A DNA stretch of 20,300 nt from Candidatus Nanohaloarchaea archaeon (GTDB lineage Archaea; Nanohalarchaeota; Nanosalinia; Nanosalinales; Nanosalinaceae): contig JBKHHG010000013.1 of assembly GCA_046539225.1 (NCBI GenBank), positions 1 to 20,300 of the forward strand. Reading direction: 5' to 3'. Of the stretch, positions 15,917 through 20,300 are shown one piece after another. Each line of letters opens with the position of its first letter. The stretch's first letter is position 1. The notes below the pieces were generated by a model. It did no database searches, had not been told where the DNA came from, and saw only the letters and a list, made by a program, of their open reading frames with translations. The position numbers were made by a program, and so were the translations under genes.

Positions 15917-16585
15917 TTGACAAACCTTGGACAGGTGATTTATCTGGGGGTCGACAGGCACGAGTTTCAGACAAGGTTCCTGAACCATCTTATCAGTTTT
16001 CTTGACTCCAAAGAGGAGATAGTGGAGGAGAAAACCCGTTTCAAGCTGTACATGGAGGGGCAGCTCGGATCCTACAACAAGCAGAGCTTCAGAGAGGTAA
16101 AGGCCTCGCGCCCTTTGAAAGAGCTGAAGCAATCAGACTTAGAAAACAAGAAAGAAGAGTTTCTTGAGGCATTAAAGATCTCTCTTATACTGTTGAAGAC
16201 CCAGGGCCACAATGAGATAGCTTCAGAGCTGATCTCCAAGTCAAAGGAGAAACAGGAGAATTTGGAAGGATTCAATGTTTCGCCGGAGCTTGAACAACTG
16301 GAGTCCTCCTTCGCAAAGCTGAATCTTCAGTCTAACCTTGAAGATGTCTCTTACTTTATCTACGTTGAACGCGGAGGTTCATGGCATAGAATTCTGGAGC
16401 ACGAAGGAGATACCGAGATAGAACTCCCTGCGGCAAAGTATAGAGTGAAATGCGTCAGGTCCCGCAGTTACATCCAGAGAGAAGTCGAACTTACAAAAGA
16501 CACTGAGGTTATCTTCGTATTCGAAGAAGGCCTAAACGAGATAGAGGAGGAATACCTGCTATCAAAGTTGAACCCTTTCTCCTAA
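15917..16585 (+). CDS. Hypothetical protein (helical N-part, beta-rich C-part)
   Basis: 222-aa ORF with TTG start; start uncertain and no family recognised. Confidence 0.6.
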   Translation: MTNLGQVIYLGVDRHEFQTRFLNHLISFLDSKEEIVEEKTRFKLYMEGQLGSYNKQSFREVKASRPLKELKQSDLENKKEEFLEALKISLILLKTQGHNEIASELISKSKEKQENLEGFNVSPELEQLESSFAKLNLQSNLEDVSYFIYVERGGSWHRILEHEGDTEIELPAAKYRVKCVRSRSYIQREVELTKDTEVIFVFEEGLNEIEEEYLLSKLNPFS

Positions 16586-16611
16586 TTTCTCAGGCCTGAA
16601 AAAAGAGGGTT

Positions 16612-16947
16612 CTATTCCGAGGTTTCCTCCATGTTTGCTTTAATTTCTTCTTCGTCCATCTCTGACTTAGGTTCGTCCGGTACAGCAGGTTCCTCCTCGA
16701 TGAAGTCGTATTTTTTACTTGGAGGCCTCGTATCTTTTTCAGGTTCTTCCTCGTACTCCATGGCAAGGCCTTCTGACTCCAGAACTTCGAAAAATTCATC
16801 CCAGGAAATTTCCTCCAGCTTCTCACCTTCTTCGAAGTCGACTCTGAGTTCGGCAAAGGTTTCAGGAACTTTTGAAGGTGTTCCCCCGTGTTCAGTGATC
16901 CAGTCCTCAATCTCTGTGTGATCTCGAGTAGTAATAGTATCATTCAT
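16612..16947 (-). CDS. Small acidic conserved hypothetical protein (TT.DH..I..W....GG.P...LR.DF...LEEISWDEFF family)
   Basis: The pattern resembles a widespread uncharacterised small-protein family. GGAGGT SD upstream; directly follows 16960-17223. Confidence 0.75.
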   Translation of the reverse strand: MNDTITTRDHTEIEDWITEHGGTPSKVPETFAELRVDFEEGEKLEEISWDEFFEVLESEGLAMEYEEEPEKDTRPPSKKYDFIEEEPAVPDEPKSEMDEEEIKANMEETSE

Positions 16948-16959
16948 TTCTAAAACCTC

Positions 16960-17223
16960 CTAAGACTGTATCTTTTCCACTATCTTTACCGCCTGATCCC
17001 GGGCCTTTTCCTCGCCGGCCTCCTTCTTTATCAGGACGCTCTGAATAGTCCAGTCATCCTCATCTTCAAGCTTTCCCATCCTTACCTCGCTTCCCTCGGA
17101 TACAGAGGTGGCGGCGTTTTCAGCCCAGTCAGGCGTTCTAATCGCATCGAACTTGTCCGGATCATTAAACCTGACGTGGTAGTATTCTCCCTCAAGCTCA
17201 ACTTTTTCTACATCTGGAACCAT
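16960..17223 (-). CDS. Small conserved hypothetical protein (YYHVRF.DPD.F..IRTPDWA)
   Basis: Start moved to ATG 17223 (MVPDVEK), which has TTTTTTAG about 23-30 nt upstream. Resembles haloarchaeal hypothetical proteins from memory, unverified. Confidence 0.75.
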   Translation of the reverse strand: MVPDVEKVELEGEYYHVRFNDPDKFDAIRTPDWAENAATSVSEGSEVRMGKLEDEDDWTIQSVLIKKEAGEEKARDQAVKIVEKIQS

Positions 17224-17313
17224 ATTACATCTCTGACCCCGCATCTAAAAAAACAAAATTACAGGCCTAAACATTCAACACTCCTCAACCAAAATCCTCA
17301 AAACTGAAAAGCA

Positions 17314-17339
17314 GAAGTCCCGACTCCAGGATTCGAACC
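17314..17339 (-). repeat. Direct-repeat copy of the tRNA-Tyr 3' end plus trailer
   Basis: GAAGTCCCGACTCCAGGATTCGAACC is identical at 17314-17339 and 17388-17413 (26 bp, period 74). Confidence 0.95.
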
Positions 17340-17391
17340 CTACGAAAATCGGAGATTTTCTGGAGGATATCGAATCCGAATTAAATTGAAG

Positions 17392-17465
17392 TCCCGACTC
17401 CAGGATTCGAACCTGGGACAATCCGCTCTACAGGCGGACGCTCTGCCAGACTGAGCTAAGTCGGG
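17392..17465 (-). tRNA. tRNA-Tyr(GUA), intronless, CCA not encoded
   Basis: CCCGACT/AGTCGGG acceptor (archaeal C1-G72, A73), D arm GCTC..GAGC, anticodon arm TCCGC-CTGTAGA-GCGGA, T arm CCAGG-TTCGAAT-CCTGG. Confidence 0.96.
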
Positions 17466-17507
17466 GATCTCTCTGTCTTAGCCAGGTAAGAAGCGTGAGA
17501 GCTTCGT

Positions 17508-17523
17508 ACTGAGCTAAGCCGGG
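17508..17523 (-). repeat. Direct-repeat copy of the tRNA-Tyr 5' end
   Basis: ACTGAGCTAAGCCGGG matches 17450-17465 (ACTGAGCTAAGTCGGG) at 15/16, period 58. Confidence 0.85.
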
Positions 17524-17620
17524 TTTTTGCTCATCAAGAGCAAGGCCTCGGACTGAGCAACGTGTTCAGGCCTGTTTGAAGGCCTGTGTTAAATGTAAGG
17601 GGTTGAAAGTTTTTTTATAC

Positions 17621-18949
17621 TTACTCGGGTTTGAACTCTGCGTTGATGGTTTTCGAGGTATCGAGTACGTGTTCTCCGTCTCTGAGGACTGCGGGGTCGA
17701 GCTCTACTCCTTCCTCTACTTCTACCTTGGGCTCGATGCTGTACCGGAAGATTCTCTGATCGCCGGGGTGAAGATCCTGAATCCACCAGCGTAGCTCCGC
17801 GCCATCTCCCGTCTGTTTTACCTCTGGATCGGCCATGTCAAACTTCGAGTTCAATCCGGCTATATTCGGTATAAAGTCTTCAAGAAGAACATCACCATAG
17901 CTCTGGGAGCTCGAGTTTTCGACCTGTAAAGTGATGTCAAGGCCTTTGTCTGTTTTCTTAACGGTTTTCTCAACGCTTACAGTTGAAGTAATCCTTTTCA
18001 ACGCGACGAGGCCTATCAAAAGCGCTAAAACACCTGAAACAGGAATCCAGTAGTCAGTCCTGACCCTGAGCTCCATCTCCTCTCCTGGTTGAAGGTTTTC
18101 GCTCCAGCTGTAAACCGTGCTGGAACCGTTATCGGTTTGAACGGCTTCAGGAGCATAAACAACCGGGGAAATGTATGAAGGTTTCTCGATCGAGTAGTTA
18201 AACGTTGATTCGACGTTGCCGGTGTTTCTAACGTTCAGGACATCGTTGACCACGAGAAGCATGTCTTCCCTGCTCCTGTTCTTTTCAAAGGACTCGACTT
18301 CTTCTACCTGAATGGACTCTGTGTACTCTCTGCCGTTAAGGCCTATCGACAGGGTTTTCCTGCCAGGTGATTCATACCTTGGGACTTCAAAAGTCGTGGA
18401 AACCCTTCTCTCTCCGCCAGGAACTATAGGCCCGAGCTCCACAGTCTTTGTAGAATTCAAAAGGTTTATCTCGACGTCTCTGTATTCTGATGTCGAGGAG
18501 TCGACGTTTCTGAACGTTAAACCTATTTCAATAGTTTTTCCAGGTTTGTAGCTTTCGTTTTTGTCCAGGTTAAGAAGGTTAAGGCCTCTATCTCTCTGAA
18601 CATTGAAGCTGAAACTGTCTCTAACTTCTTCTCCTTCTTCGTTGCGTATCACAAAGTCTGTACGGTAGTTTCCACGTATCGCTGATTCTTCAGGGTTTAT
18701 CTCGACATTGAAGTAAGAATTGGAAGAGTTCAGGGTTTTGGAGTCGCTGTATGAGTACCACCGGCTTCTGTGGTAGTCAAGAATACTTAAATCGTATTTT
18801 TGCGGAGATCCAGAGTTTTCAACGTTTAAACGGATCTCGGCAGAGTCATCCATAGAGGCCTGAGGATCTAAAGCTTCGGAAGTTACCTGAAAACCCGATG
18901 CGAGGCCTACAAGGATGAGAAGTGCCGGGATCAGCGCCGTTTTCTTCAT
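17621..18949 (-). CDS. Exported/membrane-anchored cell-surface protein with Ig-like (CARDB/DUF11-like) domains
   Basis: Signal-peptide-like MKKTALIPALLILVGLASG, beta-rich repeats (L.VEN.G, V.NTGN, L.PGE), a TM helix (YWIPVSGVLALLIGLVALKR) and a further beta domain. Many NxS/T sequons. Confidence 0.75.
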   Translation of the reverse strand: MKKTALIPALLILVGLASGFQVTSEALDPQASMDDSAEIRLNVENSGSPQKYDLSILDYHRSRWYSYSDSKTLNSSNSYFNVEINPEESAIRGNYRTDFVIRNEEGEEVRDSFSFNVQRDRGLNLLNLDKNESYKPGKTIEIGLTFRNVDSSTSEYRDVEINLLNSTKTVELGPIVPGGERRVSTTFEVPRYESPGRKTLSIGLNGREYTESIQVEEVESFEKNRSREDMLLVVNDVLNVRNTGNVESTFNYSIEKPSYISPVVYAPEAVQTDNGSSTVYSWSENLQPGEEMELRVRTDYWIPVSGVLALLIGLVALKRITSTVSVEKTVKKTDKGLDITLQVENSSSQSYGDVLLEDFIPNIAGLNSKFDMADPEVKQTGDGAELRWWIQDLHPGDQRIFRYSIEPKVEVEEGVELDPAVLRDGEHVLDTSKTINAEFKPE

Positions 18950-18987
18950 GCATAAGTCTTTGACGGGTCTGCATAAATAATCTTGGT

Positions 18988-19794
18988 TTATACACCTGTC
19001 GCTGCACGGAGCAAAACCCGTATACCAGTCGCAAATCCTACAGTGTAAAGTCCGAGCAACAGGATCGCCCTCCAGCTCTCATCCATATCAAAGTAGATCT
19101 TCAACGCCAGTAAAAGAACCACGCATTTTACACCGAGAAATCCCATGGGTCCGAAAACGTCGACAACTGTAGAGGTCAATAGCTGACGGGGCTCAAATCC
19201 CTGGCTCACAGCATACATTGAGGAAAAGGCCTCAAAGAACTGGCTGGCGACAGCCAAAACAAGCGGTAGGACCCCTAGTCTTTTTCCTGTGAAGACGAAG
19301 AAGTAGAGGCCTGAAACCGCTGCCGTTGCCGCAGACACAGCGATCAAAGGCGCAGGATTTACAGCAGGCGACATGTAAACCACCGCGGAAAACACCGCGA
19401 CCGCCAACACGGATAAAAGATATACAGCTTTTCTGTCAAGGCCTCTGTACAGCATTAAAGTTACCGCGGCCGCCATCCAGGCATGGATCACCGGAGTAAT
19501 CAACAATACCTCCACGAAAAGAGGGAAAGAAAACGCGTCCTGAGCAAATCTTAGAACCCCGGCGAGAAACACAACCGGTAGAAGCTTCAATGCAGTTTCA
19601 GGCCTCAACTCTATCTCTTTCTCCCGGAAAAACCTGTGAAGTATGTAGACACCGAGGACAGCCGTAAAACCCCAGAGAACAGTATTGTACATATTGTAAC
19701 CAGCCAAGGCCTCAACACCTTTCCAAGTCGCTGAACCGTTCAAGGCCTCGGCTACTATCGGGCCAGCGATGTACTGCCACAGGAACTCCAGCAT
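18988..19794 (-). CDS. DUF63-like polytopic membrane protein
   Basis: FLWQYI.GPIVA.A...GYN.YNT, G.LR...D, LLITP, and C-terminal GFATGIR..LR...GV. Confidence 0.75.
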   Translation of the reverse strand: MLEFLWQYIAGPIVAEALNGSATWKGVEALAGYNMYNTVLWGFTAVLGVYILHRFFREKEIELRPETALKLLPVVFLAGVLRFAQDAFSFPLFVEVLLITPVIHAWMAAAVTLMLYRGLDRKAVYLLSVLAVAVFSAVVYMSPAVNPAPLIAVSAATAAVSGLYFFVFTGKRLGVLPLVLAVASQFFEAFSSMYAVSQGFEPRQLLTSTVVDVFGPMGFLGVKCVVLLLALKIYFDMDESWRAILLLGLYTVGFATGIRVLLRAATGV

Positions 19795-19872
19795 ATAGAG
19801 CTATTACTGCTGTAGATTGAAAAAGAGAGAGGCCTCCGGAAAAGTTTTCTTACTTGCCATCAATCCAAGTTT

Positions 19873-20094
19873 ATGGAGCTTCCATCATTCAGCTTCAGAG
19901 AGTTCTACCGAGGATTCGAAAAAAGAAAATACCTGACATACCACGGCCGCTGGCAGCTCTCCACTCTTGTAATGCTGCTCCCGATGACAGTCCTCGACAT
20001 CTTCAACCTGCCGGTCCAGCTCAACCTTGTAGCGACACAGTTCATCGGCGCCTGTATCTTCTGGTCAATCGATAAAAGAATCTTCAACGACTGA
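19873..20094 (+). CDS. Small two-TM membrane protein (RWQLST...IG..IF..ID..IF; GtrA-half-like)
   Basis: 73 aa with two hydrophobic helices; family assignment is tentative. Confidence 0.6.
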   Translation: MELPSFSFREFYRGFEKRKYLTYHGRWQLSTLVMLLPMTVLDIFNLPVQLNLVATQFIGACIFWSIDKRIFND

Positions 20095-20099
20095 ACCCT

Positions 20100-20300
20100 T
20101 CAAAAATCCAGTATCTCCTTGAAAAAATCGTAGGCCTCGCCACCTGACCCACTGTACCCGGTCTCAGGCCAGAGATCCAAGTTTTCGCCTTCTTTCCTCG
20201 GCACCAGATGAAAGTGGAAATGGCTGATTGACTGCTGCGCCGACTCCCCGCTCGCATTCAACAGGTTGACACCGTCAATCTCACCCTGTTCCCTCAGCCT
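20100..20300 (-). CDS. HIT family hydrolase, C-terminal part (5' end outside window; not in ORF track)
   Basis: Reverse frame from 20300 reads RLREQGEIDGVNLLNASGESAQQSISHFHFHLVPRKEGENLDLWP...EILDF*, with an intact HxHxH triad and TGA at 20102-20100. Confidence 0.9.
   Translation of the reverse strand, partial: RLREQGEIDGVNLLNASGESAQQSISHFHFHLVPRKEGENLDLWPETGYSGSGGEAYDFFKEILDF

Larger units (their letters stand above)
9..20137. repeat. Dispersed highly iterated palindrome AGGCCT (about 118 copies)
   Basis: Hand count of about 118 exact AGGCCT (first 9-14, last 20132-20137), about 5.8 per kb, versus about 5 expected in 20.3 kb at about 50% GC. Confidence 0.95.

Noticed and set aside
7810..17465. 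Integrated element or provirus between the two tRNA genes
   Set aside because: The repeats are local to each tRNA, no integrase or viral genes are present, and the interval holds housekeeping genes and the 5S rRNA.
17314..17523. Intron-containing, split or permuted tRNA-Tyr
   Set aside because: A complete uninterrupted cloverleaf exists at 17392-17465 and I could not identify convincing bulge-helix-bulge motifs at the duplicate junctions.
19275..19278. Scarcity of CTAG (one copy noticed; not exhaustively counted)
   Set aside because: CTAG under-representation is common in prokaryotes and not distinctive.

Overview
Gene-dense archaeal chromosome segment with a strongly acidic proteome, mostly leaderless TATA-driven genes and about 50% GC. 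I infer a halophilic DPANN lineage such as Nanohaloarchaeota. The region is a translation and RNA-modification neighbourhood: 3' end of cysS, ileS, thiI, a TtuA/Ncs6-type thiolase, an NSUN/RsmB methyltransferase plus PUA-like partner, a TRAM protein, tRNA-Ser(CGA), tRNA-Tyr(GUA) and a stand-alone short 5S rRNA. It also carries a DHH phosphoesterase, two HIT-fold genes, a HAD phosphatase with a truncated tandem paralog, an NDP-sugar synthase, a family-4 UDG, a DUF63-like protein and several hypothetical proteins. Two signals are not explained by the gene content. First, the palindrome AGGCCT occurs about 118 times by hand count (about 5 expected), in all reading frames and between genes, like a HIP1-type highly iterated palindrome. 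Second, both tRNA genes are flanked by duplicated copies of their own termini separated by short hairpin-rich inserts, on both sides for tRNA-Tyr. No transposase, integrase or CRISPR array is visible.
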